Assembly: GCF_009914755.1 (NCBI RefSeq)
Contig: NC_060928.1
Direction: 5' to 3' (one strand)
Source: the human T2T-CHM13v2.0 reference genome, Homo sapiens
DNA: 64,000 nucleotides
The notes under the pieces were generated by a model that was given only the letters and a program-made list of their open reading frames with translations, was not told where the DNA came from and did no database searches. Shown in pieces: positions 1 through 12,911 of the stretch; within the stretch, counting starts at the first letter, position 1; the number at the start of each line of letters is the position of its first letter. The translations under genes and the position numbers were made by a program.

Positions 1-107
1 AACAACATATGCTCTTCTAAGATAGACACATTTTCTTAGGCATTTGAAACAAGCAATGGATAGTTTAAAATGGAATGACTTTTATTCTTTGTCAAATATT
101 AACATAC

Positions 108-146
108 CTGGTTCAGAGAAATGATGGGCAAGTTGTACCCTTTCTC
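108..146 (-). CDS. GYPA: Glycophorin A exon 4 (39 bp; (G)ERVQLAHHFSEP(E))
   Basis: Minus strand reads ttatag|GAGAAAGGGTACAACTTGCCCATCATTTCTCTGAACCAG|gtatgt. Canonical AG/GT, phase 1-1, GPA-specific peptide (GPB reads ETGQLVHRFTVP here). Confidence 0.98.
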
Positions 147-1010
147 CTATAAAGCAAAATTTCAATGTAAGTCCAAATAAGTAAGGCATGTGCAAAGAAA
201 AAAATCATTTTGGAATCAAACTGTTCTGTGGGTTTCCTTTTCTTAATCATATTTTGAGAGTTGTTGGTCAACTTTCAACATCTAGCTAGTAACATTTATG
301 AGGTAATATGTCAGTCGTACCATTAGTAATTTCAGTATCTACTTTTAATGACCCAACAAGTATTCATGGATGAGAAATAAGCAAATTGTCTCATAACTGA
401 GGGGGAAGGAATGAGAAAGTATTGGAAGAATCACTTATTGACTTCCACAAGAAGCAATGTATTTTTAAAAAATTTAAAAATAAGGAGAAGAAAGGAGGCA
501 TATGGAACCATTACTCCACACAGATGCCAGTCCCATGCAAAGAGGGATCATGCGGCTATCAATTTTCTGATTTATGCCACAGCCACTGTCTGAATCTAAA
601 CTGTTACTGTGTCTCATTTGAGCTTTTGCCAATAGTCTCTCTGGATTCTATGTCAGTAGCAATTGATAGTATGGTTGCCTTACTGTTCCACCTGTGCTAA
701 CCTTCCCTCTCAGTCCACATCCTACTTTTGTCTCTGTCTCCACTTGCCATTTTATGTCATGAAGCTCTCTTATACCAAAGCCACACAATTTTCTAGAGTT
801 TAATTATTACAAATTACTTAGTATATACTATGCTGTTTGATGATTGAGGATTCAGGTATATTTTTTCATTCTTTAGGCTTTACGTACAAAGGTTAATTGG
901 GGCTTGCCTTCTCTTTCTTGGTCACAGTTAATAGTTGTGGGTGCTATATGGGCTTTGGAGTAAAAGAGATGGGTTTTCTGTCACGAAAGCTTGAGAACTG
1001 TCATGAGTTA

Positions 1011-1202
<192 letters not shown>

Positions 1203-1379
1203 TCAAGAATGAGGTGACTGCGTGGACATAGAGCGTATTATGAAAGACAAACTCTCCCACATCCCTCCCAGCAGCGGCTCCAGAATTTCTTCTTCTCCCC
1301 TGAAAACTAACGAGAGACTGCCACCAGATTACTCTTATCTCAGCACCCAGCTTTGCTTATTGTTTATCAGTCACTGAGA

Positions 1380-1598
1380 ATGTGTGAGGCTCTGAGCTAA
1401 TAACTTTTAGATACATCTTCTTATTTAGCCTTTAGAGAAATGCTGTGAGATAAGTACTGTGTTATTGGCCCCATTTTAAAATTAATGGGATAGAAACCCT
1501 GCAGGGCAACTCACCCTGGGTCAGCAGCTGGCATAGAGCTGAGCCCGGGTCTGAGCTGAACTCATTTTGCCCACAGACCCTCTGCACCACCGCACTAT
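1380..1598 (-). mobile_element. MIR SINE in intron 2
   Basis: Reverse-complement MIR core (gctgtgagataagtactgtgttattggccccatttta...). Confidence 0.65.
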
Positions 1599-1827
1599 TA
1601 GGTCCCCTTTATCTGGCCCACTATTTCATGGTCACGTGCATCATTTCTGTGCTTTGCCACATTGTTTTAATTTCTTTAACTCACAGTATTATTTCTGTGA
1701 GATATTTCAGAGGCAAGAATTCCTCCATAGTAGGAATTGTGTCTACTTAGTAGGCTGTGTCTACTTAGCTCGCATTTCTCAGTGTTTGTCAGTTTCTCTG
1801 CAGTGACAGGTCCCCTAAAATGGGTTA

Positions 1828-2007
<180 letters not shown>

Positions 2008-2077
2008 TTAAGAACGAGGTGACTGAGCGGACCATAAAGCATATTGCAAAAGACAAATTCCCTCACATCCCTCCAGT

Positions 2078-2398
2078 CCCTGAGCTAAGCGCTTTGGTAT
2101 ATATCTTACATAATGTTTAGAGAATTGCTATGTGGTAAGTATTGTATTATTGGCCTTATTTTAAAATTAAGGGGCCAGAAGCCCCTCCAGAATTTCTGCA
2201 TAGCAGAGGTTTACAGATAAAGCGTGCCTTGGTTTTCTCATCTGTACAATAATAATACTTGCCTCAAAATGTCATTGTGAGAACGAAATTAGTTTAAATA
2301 TGTGTGTGTATGTGGTGTGTGTGTATGTAATGTGCATGTGTTAGTATAGTACTTGGCACATAAAGAGCATTACATATATGTTGGGTATTATTGTTATT
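2078..2398. mobile_element. MIR fragments: minus 2078-2180 (paralog of the intron-2 MIR) and plus 2226-2398
   Basis: gccttggttttctcatctgta...gtacttggcacataaagagc matches the MIR core and 3' end. Confidence 0.65.
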
Positions 2399-2578
2399 AT
2401 GCTTATAAAGGGGTAACTTGAAGTTGCATTTTGGAAACTGTCTATGCTAAGAAAGGTGGAAGCGCATAATAATTATATAGAACAAAACTTCTGTCCCATA
2501 TCTCAGTGTCTCCATCTGCTAGGGACAATCTTACTTCTTCAATAAAAATGGAAACAATAATAAAACACTATTACATTG

Positions 2579-2677
2579 TGTGAACCCAGGAGGCAAAGCT
2601 TGCAGTGAGCCGAGATCACGCCACTGCACTCCAGCCTGGGCGACAGAGCGAGACTCTGTCTCAAAAGAAAAAAAAAA
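2579..2677 (+). mobile_element. 5'-truncated AluY-like right-arm fragment
   Basis: gtgaacccaggaggcaaagcttgcagtgagccgagatc...gcgagactctgtctc followed by poly(A). Confidence 0.9.
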
Positions 2678-4462
2678 CCATGCATGCAAACATGAAATCA
2701 GAATGTAGACTCACATATATCCTTTTAAAATCTCATTAAATAAATTGTGAATTATTTCTGTAATTAAACACTTTTTATTCTTAAATGCAATACATTTCAA
2801 ATTTATAAGTTATTTTATAAAATTTTATAAATTAAATTCTTTAAATTGCAAAAGTAATATAGATTCAGTAAAGAAAATTTGGGAACTACAAGAAAGCACA
2901 AAGAATAATATAAAATTCATCTACAGTCAGCCTATGCAAGGTTGAACATTTGACACATTTTGATATATAGCCATCTGAACTTTTAGTTGTTATATCTAAA
3001 TATGGGATCATGGTGTTTAAATATACGTGAATATGTATATAATGTTTACAAGTCTGACTTTCTACTTAATATGCCACAGATATCCCTATGCTGTCAAATA
3101 TTCTTCTATGAGAAGATTTTTATGACTGCAGAGTATTCCATTGTATGAATGTTCTGTGGTTTATATTTCAATCTCCTATTCTGTGCATTCATGTGTTTTT
3201 CACTCTTCTGAGAGTTATAAATCATTATGATAAAAGTCAGTACCCTGAACTCTGTAGATGTACATTTGCTCATCTCTTGGAGATATTCAACTGAGGGGAA
3301 TGGCACCCAAGTGCAATGGAGTGGAGGTGGAAGGGCTTCTTCTCAGAGGCAGCCAACTTGGCCCCTCAGCTGAATGCTCAAAGTTTCCTGGAGAACCCAC
3401 AAACAACAGAAAACATCTTCTCTGACACCTCTCATTAGTCTACCCAAGTGAAGACTTCTAAAACCTTCCTCTATTTATCAGCTGATAGGTAATCAGTTTA
3501 CCTCCAAATCATGGAGAAGACATGATCTATTGTTCCTAAACTGTCTATGTTTTCTCTTCTCTTTTAAGTTCTTTTCTGGCCTTGCTCTTTAACTTGGCCT
3601 GCCACCTGATTCCATCATGTGTGTATAAACGATTGCCATATGAATTCACTAAATAGCATGCAAAACAATTACTGAATGTTTCTAAGTTGTTCAGCACTCA
3701 GGTATAATGGCTTTTAAGATAATATAAAAACCAATGCTTTTAAACAATAACCTGGTGATAGGGATTTTGAAGTTCAACAAATATTAAGATTAAAATTACA
3801 GAAAGAAACATCTTTATGAGTCAACTAAAGTACGTAAAAATTATTTATAAAGATAACTAATGAACAAAAATAATCCATCTCTCTTAATAAATGTTAGATA
3901 TGAGCTTTGGCTTATTTCTAGATAATGGAATATGGACCTTCTATTGTATTTTTGAAAAGGCATACAATCTGAGTAAAATAGGTTTAGCTATGAAAGTGTT
4001 GTGAAAATAGCTAGTAAAACAACAAGCCAAAAAAAATCAAAAGTGTTAATGGCCAGAAGCCTTAAATGGGCATGTAACAATAAACTTGAGATCAGCCTTT
4101 GGCTCAGCAACATGGGAATACAACTGGAAAATGCAGCTGGAGCTCTCATCCTTCACTCAGGTGTGCTCGTCACTTCCATTTCTAACTTTCATCCTCTCCA
4201 AGCTTCTCCCTTTAATCTTCCACTCCTTCTTTACACCTTTCAGTTCAGTGTAATCCACTTACATTTAGGGTGCACATTTCTTAGCCCTGTGGATACCAAA
4301 TGGGCTCTTCTGAAACATAAAACTTGTTCCTAGGACTTCAATTTCCCATTATTTTGAATCTTCTCAGCATGAGAATAGTGCTTTATTCATAAAAGATGTT
4401 AAATGAAATGTTAATTGTTATAAATGCTTGGACAAATTCTTACATAGAAAGAATTAGGTGAG

Positions 4463-5478
4463 TGGTATGGTTTGGATCTGTGGCATCATCCAAATCTCAT
4501 GGGGAAATGTAATCCCCAATGTTGGAGGTGGGGACTGGTGGGTGGTAATTGAATCATGGGGCTGGTTTCTCATTGCTTAACATCATCCCCCTTGATGCTG
4601 TCTGGGAGATAGTGATTTCTCATAAGATCTGGTTGTTTAAAAGTGTGTGGCACCTCCCCACTCTCTCTTGCTCCTGCTCCAAGGCTCTCTCTCCCCACTC
4701 TCTCTCTTGCTCTTGTTCCAACCATGTAAGACGTGCCTACTTTCCCTTCGTCTTTTGCCATGATTGTTTCCTGAGGCCTCCCCAGAAGCAGAAGCACTAT
4801 GCTTCTTGTATAGCCTGCAGAACCATGAGGCAATTAAACCTCTTTTATTTTATTTTATTTTATTTTATTTTATTTTATTTTATTATTATTATACTTTAAG
4901 TTTTTGGGTACCTGTGCACAATGTGCAGGTTAGTTACATATGTATACATGTGCCATGCTGGTGTGCTGCACCCATTAACTCGTCATTTAGCATTAGGTAT
5001 ATCTCCTAATGCTATCCCTCCCCCCTCCCCCCACCCCACAACAGTCTCCAGAGTGTGATGTTCCCCTTCCTGTGTCCATGTGTTCTCACTGTTCAATTCC
5101 CACCTATGAGTGAGAATATGCGGTGTTTGGTTTTTTGTTCTTGCGACAGTTTACTGAGAATGATGATTTCCAATTTCATCCCTGTTCCTACAAAGGACAT
5201 GAACTCATCATTTTTTATGGCTGCATAGTATTCCATGGTGTATATTTGCCACATTTTCTTAATCCAGTCTATCATTGTTGGACATTTGGATTGGTTCCAA
5301 GTCTTTGATATTATGAATAGTGCCGCAATAAACATACACGTCCATGTGTCTTTATAGCAGCATGATTTATAGTCCTTTGGGTATATACCCAGTAATGGGA
5401 TGGCTGGGTCAAATGGAACCTCTTTTCTTTATAAATTACCCAGTATCAGTTATTTCTTTATAGCAGTGTGAGAACAAA
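4463..5478 (+). mobile_element. MST-type (ERVL-MaLR) solo LTR, split by an L1 insertion
   Basis: tggtatggtttggatctgtg start; the end ctttataaattacccag...ctttatagcagtgtgagaac resumes after the L1. Confidence 0.88.
4847..5416 (-). mobile_element. 5'-truncated young L1PA (L1PA2/3-like) with (TTTTA)n tail and TSD AACCTCTTTT
   Basis: L1 3'UTR and ORF2 C-terminus (ORF 5093..5335); TSD at 4837-4846 and 5417-5426. Confidence 0.93.
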
Positions 5479-5929
5479 TGGGTTTTCAGATTGCATCTGA
5501 ATGTGAATATAATAATTTAATTAATAAATTTAACTTAATTATAACACATAATTAATTATAAATTAATCAATTTATAATTAATATATTTAATTAATACAAT
5601 TGTTTAATAAATTAAGCAAACCACATGACAAAATAGCACATGCAGAATGAATGCAAGCATCTGGAAAAATAAGCATCATTTTAAGACCAATGAAATATTT
5701 TCAACATTTCAATAGCGAGCATACTTTTGCTAACATAAGAAAAAAAAAACAAAAAGTAAAAAATAAAAATACACAAAACGTAGTCTGTAAATGCCATCTA
5801 GTGGTTTTGACTATGAGTACAAATATACATATTCCTCCAAGTTGCCTAACTGTTCAGCACGATGTTAGGGACTACCTGCTGCAATTTTCTTTGTGAACAC
5901 CTGCAAGACTCTGCATGGTCCAGTCCTGC

Positions 5930-6850
5930 TTGCCTCACATCTTCATTGCTTCGCCCTTCCCTTCCCTCTTGGGGCTCCAGCCATTCTGCACATCTGTTCC
6001 CTCTATGACTGCACCATACCCTTTTCCGTGTCCTAAATCTTGTGCCATCTCCTCCCTTTGTCTGAAATATTTCCCTCCCTATCTTTGCCTAACTACTGGC
6101 TTTTCAAGTCTCAGTTCAATGCCACTTCCTTTGGGAGGTCTTCGCTGGCCTCTCTAATAAGATTTAGACTAAAAGCTCTCTGAAGTCCCTGGTGCTTAAC
6201 ATGGTGTTGTAAAACCTTATGATTATTTAGAATCCAGATATGCATTCCTTAGGCCTTGATGTTTACTGGGGGCCTTGGGTGTTTCTTAATTTGTTCAATT
6301 ATTTACAAAAGGTTTTTTTTGGGGTGGGAGGTATAGGCTGTGGGCTATGTACTAGGAAGACAATGATAAATAATACATGGCCTTTCCTTTCAGGGTAATT
6401 CCAGTGCAGTAAGAGCGACAATTATTAATCTAAGTATAATAAGTATTTTAGGATGGTGGTGGAAGTGGGGACACAAAGGAGACAGCGGTCAACTCTACTT
6501 GGAGAGGTAGAAAGACCTCATGGAGGTGTCTTTGAATTTATCTTGAAAGAAGTCTAGGATTTTACCAGGCAGGCTGTGTGGTACCAGCAATGCCTTGGAA
6601 TTTGAGACATCATTGCACGTTAGAAAAACTGCAGGTTATCTATGTGGCTGCAGCACAAGGTGTGAGAAGGAGAGGAATAGAGAAATGGGTGAACAGCAAC
6701 TGAGAGGCTGAAGAGGTGGTGAGGCACCAAATGCTGTGGGCCATGTTCTAGAATTTGGACTTTATCTTTAAGGCAGTGGAAAGACAATGAATGGTTTGAA
6801 GCAGTTTTTTATTTAGGGAAAATCACTGTCAGTAGTATGGAGGATAACTT
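5930..6850. mobile_element. Degenerate L2 LINE fragments
   Basis: L2-like text such as gaatttggactttatctttaaggcagtggaaagacaatgaatggtttgaagcag; highly diverged. Confidence 0.5.
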
Positions 6851-9800
6851 AGGGGAAAAAAAAACATGCCAGAGCTTTGCAGTAGAGGGTCCCATCTTGT
6901 GTTCAAGAGTGGCCAAGATAAGCAGTCCCTTTGCAAACAAGCCACTTCTGCTCACAGAAGGTCCTTATCACTTCTTAATATTCCTTTGGTGGAGAAGGCC
7001 TATAGCCTGAGGCTTTAAAGGGGGCAGAAAATTACAGCAGGTTGTCAAAAGAATATGGCAAAGAACCAATAATGGGAGCTAACATCTCTTAAAATTGGCA
7101 CTTTAATTATTTTAATTTTAAATGAAGTCAGAGGAGGTGAAAAGTATTTTAAATTTATAAGCAAAGTATATGTAACTTTTTTATAAAAATGAAAACATGC
7201 TTAGGGAGAGAGAGCTTATTTAGATAAGTTTTGAGCTTTATCAAAACAATTGTAACACTCTAGCAAATAAGTAGACTTCTTTCTTCTTCAACAGCTACTC
7301 CTCACAGTAAAAGAGCACTTGGTGGAAATTTTGTTCTGAAGTGAAGGCTGAAACCCCAGAGATCAAACACTGTACTCAAGTTTACAAAGCTGGACTCAGA
7401 CCCTAACACTGGCTTTAAAATTTGTCCTAAGTTAGACCATAATGCCTCTCTTTCCAGCTGGATCTACATGCCTCCACTCTGGCTTTTAACAAGGCTCTGA
7501 ACTATTGTCAGAACTTGGGAATTTCTAACATTGAAGGTAACACATTGACACAATTTCCTCGATGTAAAATTGTATACACTTTATCCAAGTCCCATCTGAG
7601 CATGTTATGTCCTATTTGTACCCTTACAAAAACTGATTGGTGGCCAAATTGATTTGAGACTGAAAGTTGCCACTTATGTTCTTAGAAATACTTGCTTTAA
7701 TTCACCAGAATCAGTTGCTCTGATACAACTTCTTATAGTCACCTAAGTCAACATAGTAAGAAAATAAACATATAAATGCCCTAAAGATAATTTGATAAAA
7801 ATTGTTTTTTATATCATTTCCTCAACAATCTCATAGTGGTAGCTGACCTATAAAATGACCTTTTTCATAGTTCATTTTTCTTCCATTTCTGGAAAAAAGA
7901 TAGCATAAGTCTTTCAGTAGGAATTAATACCCATGCATGCTTAGTGGTAAGAAGAAGGCACAGAGGCTTGTTACTGGAAGTCTATAGTTTACAAAACAGT
8001 GTCATCTTGAAGGAACAATAGCTCCCATAAAAATGAGTTTTCATATTTTCTTGTATTAATTAACTTTTAAATAATTTCGTAGTTATTCCAGAGTAGAATC
8101 ACATGGGGGCAATTTAAAGAATTTCATCAATACCTTCAAATTAAATAAACCAGCATCTGGTTGAAAAAAAAAAAATCACTTACCTGGAAGGAGAAACAAA
8201 AGAAACATCCTCAAATTCTAAAGCTTCATTCAAAATTCAAGGTAAGGAAACCAAATTTCCACAATATGATCCCTTAAAATCACCAAGAATGTTCAAAACT
8301 ACATTTGATAACAACAGCTCACACAACTACTTGGCTCTCCTAGATTCCTAAGACCCTAACCAGCTAATAGACGTCTGTGGACATATTCAATTCTGCAAAG
8401 CTGCAAAATATCTGTGAGAAGCTGGTTTTTGAATAGGACTTTTTACTATAGCTATATACTATTTAGTTCAGTAAACTGGGTAGAAAGCATTGAAGCAAAC
8501 TCGTAACCATTGAACAACAAACTTTAGTTTGCCAAAACTGCTTAGGGACTGGATTAAGGGAAGGCTCTCCTGTTATTTTTATCTCTTTGCCTTTGGTGCT
8601 CTCAGCTTTCTGTAGCTAAAGTAGCTTTCAAAAATCTACTTGTGTCATTCCTAGATTAAAGGTCAGTTTAAGTATTGTCCTGTTGAATTCAGAAGGTACA
8701 TTTAAGCTAGAAAACCACTTGCAGCACATCTAATCCAAATTGCCGACTTTACAGATAGACATTTGGTCTCATAAAAATTAAATGACTAGCTCAGATCAGC
8801 ATATCTGGTAAGCAGCAGAACTGAGACTTAATTCTGCTGACCCTCAATATTAGTCTCACCTTCCGGATCTCGCTGACTGGTTGAGATCTTGTCAGCAAGA
8901 TTTCTCTAATGTTTTAGTACATTAGTCAGCAAGCATTGGGGCATATTGTACATACAAAAAAGGACAGCTAAATTCCTGAGCTCCCTGGACATCCTAAAAG
9001 CTAGAATTTTAGTAAAAACCATGTAGTCTTCATTTTGATGATTTTTCCACACTAATTTATTGTATTACTTAGATTATATCTCTTACCCCTCAGTGTCCTT
9101 ATACTATAGCCACTATGAGAAATTATGTTTTGCTCTAGCAATACGGAGATGAGAGTCAGTTTCTTAATCCCTTCACATCTTCTGGCAGGAACACATCCAG
9201 TCTATACCTGCAAAATTTCACCTCTCTCTCCAAGTGAAGTATATTTACCTTGTGGTGTTATGAAAGATGTGTCCAGCATCTGGCTACCCAGGAATAGACA
9301 GACCTTGTGCCAACACTGCACATTTTCTTAGCTGCATGGGCCTCTGAGAAACATACTCTGAAGACCTTACCCCATGCCTGCTTGCAAATGAATCACTGGA
9401 TGAACCCTGAAGGATGGGCAGAGTTTTAGGTGAAGATGCAGAGGAGGAGGGATAAAGAAATAGCATGGGCCTAACATATGGAGAAAGGGGAGTATAACAT
9501 GCATTGATGTGGAGGCTTAGGTCACCTAGCAGGCAAGTGTTGGCAAATCTCTCAGATTGATAAGAGTTTAATGATTAAGTGGCAAATTAGTGCAAAATAA
9601 AATATAAAGGTATGTTTTGTCATATTAGTGAGGCCTCAAACTCCTACTTTAAATTTATGTTTTTCAGTTTTCAGGCACTGAAATGGCATTTGCTATGGTA
9701 CTTAGTACAAAGTAAATCTGTGTGACCTGAATTGAATTCTGTAATTTAGGTTTGAGAAGGGTGGAATGAATTGGTATACTTTCTAGAAAATGAAATATTC

Positions 9801-11382
9801 AATATTTGCGTTTGGATCATCTCACAGCTTATACTTGTATAACATCGGATATGTTCCAGAACATTTCACCTCTCTTGTCTCTTATCCCCATGTGTTGGGG
9901 GAGAGAGCGTGGACTTCTGCCACAGTTCCCATTGTACCATGGAGGTGGGGTGACTTGGGGGCCCAAGACATGTTAGGATAACGACTGGAAATAGCCAGCC
10001 TCCTAGCTCTCTGCTGCATGCTTTATCTACCAGACCACTCAGCTTTCCCAAATAATTGACATTTCTAACCTGGAATGCTATTAGAAACAATAAAAATAAA
10101 ATGTGATATTGTATAAGTACGCTTCAGTTTCGCTGTATGCCAAAACTTCCAGTGGCTGAGCTCTTGTCAAGATGTGATAAAGTCAGCTCATGCAGCTGCT
10201 GCTTTGAGTTTTGGTTCGCTCCTGACTTGCAGCTGAAAGAAGCCTTATCTTGCATAAGCAAACTCTCACAAGGACACACCCTTCATATGAAATGCCTTAA
10301 ATAGTTTCCAAGTCTGAAAACTAAATTTTCTAAATGCTACAGTTTTTTGGCATTGCAATGACCATGAAAACTACTTGATAAATGCATCTGTGGAAGTTAT
10401 GCTCAGCTAATTTGTGGTAAAACTGGGATAAAAACTCATATCCATTGACTTCCAACTCAATGCCTTTTCTGCCCAATCTCATTGTCTTGAACAGAATTAA
10501 TGTATAAATGGGAATCTTGCCTGTGCTAAAAGATGTTTGAAGAAGACTGTTCCCATGAAGCAATATTTTAAGGGAACGATTTTGTTTGGCTCTTGAACCA
10601 AAGGATTGGCAAGTTCAATCTTGGTCAAGTTGTGATAATATAGTTAGATACCCATACTGTCTGTGGCCATTCGTTTTTCTTTTTTGGAAGTTTTTATTAA
10701 GCCAAAGCAGCCAACTACAATTTAGAAAAATTGAACTTAAGGATAAAGTGCTTTGTGTGATAGCATCTGAGCCTACTGTTTTGGGTAGCCTATTCTCAAT
10801 ACTTTTTATTTGATCTCTTCAGCCAATGGCTCTGGAGAAAAGCATGGCCTATTAACGGATGCAGTTAGTGTGCTAGGTGCCAAATGGAATGAGCCAGTTT
10901 CTGCTCATCTTCAGACTGGCATGCTTTGGCAGTCCCCATACAGCTAATTGGTCACACTTCTTCCTTTCCTAACTTGGTAGAGAAGGGTGCTTTATGTATT
11001 CTATCTCGAAGGTGTTGTGGCCTAGGAGGACTGCAGCTTCCCTTCAGGAAGCCTGAACTCTTTAGCCTGGCTCTGTACTATCCAGCTTCTGGTCATCCAC
11101 ACTGTCCCAAACCATTGCTGAGACAGCAGAGGTGGAGAAAAAAAGTCGGTCAGTCTGTCATTCCAGCCAGTGCACATTCTTCAGCCTGGACAGATGGAAA
11201 TCAAGACGAATTTCTTCCACTGTCCCAGTGGGAAAGGAGAGCAGAGTTCTCTTCCTGGCTTTGCCACCAAATGGTTGGGGGATCTGTGCAAGTCTCTGAA
11301 ATTATCTGAGCCTCAGTTTTATGGCCTCTAAGATGAGAGTAGTGGAACAGATGTCTCTCTTTTTAAACTTTAAAAAATGTTT

Positions 11383-11510
11383 TGCTTTTTTCTTGAGATA
11401 GGGTTTCACCATATTGCCCATACTAGCCTCAAACTCCTAGGCTCAAGCAATTCTCCTGCCTCATTCTACTGAGCAACTTGGACTATAGGTGCACACCACC
11501 ATGCCTGGCC
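11383..11510 (-). mobile_element. FLAM/AluJ monomer within a MIR-rich stretch
   Basis: Single Alu arm ending atgcctggcc; degenerate TSD tggaacagatgtct / tggaatggatgtct. Confidence 0.8.
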
Positions 11511-12911
11511 TGGAATGGATGTCTTCTAAGATGCTTCACCATTCATGAATCATGGAAATCTGTATGTCTAAGATAATAATATTTGTAGTTAACACTTACT
11601 GCACACTTACTTCATTCCACACATCTCTCTAACCATTTTTAAAACAACTAGCTGAGACCCTATTGTTATATGTTAATTATTCTTTGTGGAGGAGGAAAAA
11701 AACATCAGAAGCATTGCCTGACTTGCTTAAGTTCACACAGCCACCAAGTGGCAGACCTGGATTTTGAATTCAGACCTATGTAACTACAGAACTGTCTGCC
11801 AAGGTCTACTGTGATCTATGTAGCAGAAAGAGAATGAGGGAATCAAGTAAGTTGTCATTGAGAGATTAAATTCTCACCAAATTATAATGCAACCAACTCT
11901 CAAGCGAGCCTTCACTTCAGCAAATCAGGGCTAAATGAAGAGATATAAAGATAATAATTCACCTTGTTTATAGCCTGAGGGTAAGAGTGTTGTACCTCTA
12001 ACATAGCATTGTAGGGTGACCTGCAGTGGCAAATCCACATTACGGAAGAGCAGATGGTCCTGGTTATTAACAGTTTGTTAACTTGAATCTTAATTTTTCC
12101 AGCCAAGCATATTCCTATCTGGTCACTCCTGCCTACTAAAGAATCCTCAGAACAAAAGAGGATTTCACATATTTTACCTGTGTCCGCTTTAGTCTAAGGT
12201 TTGGTATTTCTGTAGCTGAACTTCACACACATTAAATTTGGGCTTAAGGAAGTTGGGCTGGATGAAAATAATTTTAATTGAAAACAAAAACTTTATCCCA
12301 AAGTTCTCACACCACTGGTACTTCGTTTTCACTGGTTGAACAATAAAAAAATTGCAGAAATGAACCTAGTTTGTTCTCATCCTTGACTGCATGGTAGAAT
12401 CATCTGTGATATCCCAGGAATTGGATTCTGATGTGCGGCCAGCAGTGAGAACAACTGCTCCAGTTGGTAATATAGATTAATATATGTAAACTTCATCTTC
12501 CTGAGTTTCGAGGTCCACTCTTACATTTTCTATGGTTGTAGTGTCACCTTTATCTATAAAGTGAACAGCTATAGTATGTGATATTAGCCTGAACGACTTT
12601 AGAAATAACATCATTTGCCATCTTAAATGTTGGTGTTTCTTAGGGTTTTGTTTTAGAGCCACAGTCTCCCTCACTTCCTCCCTCAATTCGCATTTAATTT
12701 TACTTTAATCACTTTCCAAGGATAAGCTCATCAGTGTGTGAAACAGACAGAGTTGAACTGCTTGGTGGAAGCTGGCCTGAGTGTTTGGCCTGCAGCCTCA
12801 CAACCTGTTCCCATCTCCACCTGGCAGCTTCAGAAAGCTCCACAGGAATTTAGATTGGAAATCTTTAGTCTAAAACTTAAGTTTTTCAGATTGTCTGTTG
12901 AGATCCCTTAG

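Noticed and set aside
5510-5615. AT-only quasi-palindromic stretch (similar one at ~21290-21370)
   Set aside because: Low-complexity AT sequence with no defined unit or termini.
11741-11754. CCACCAAGTGGCAG as a CTCF site
   Set aside because: Mismatch at a core G and lies within a MIR.
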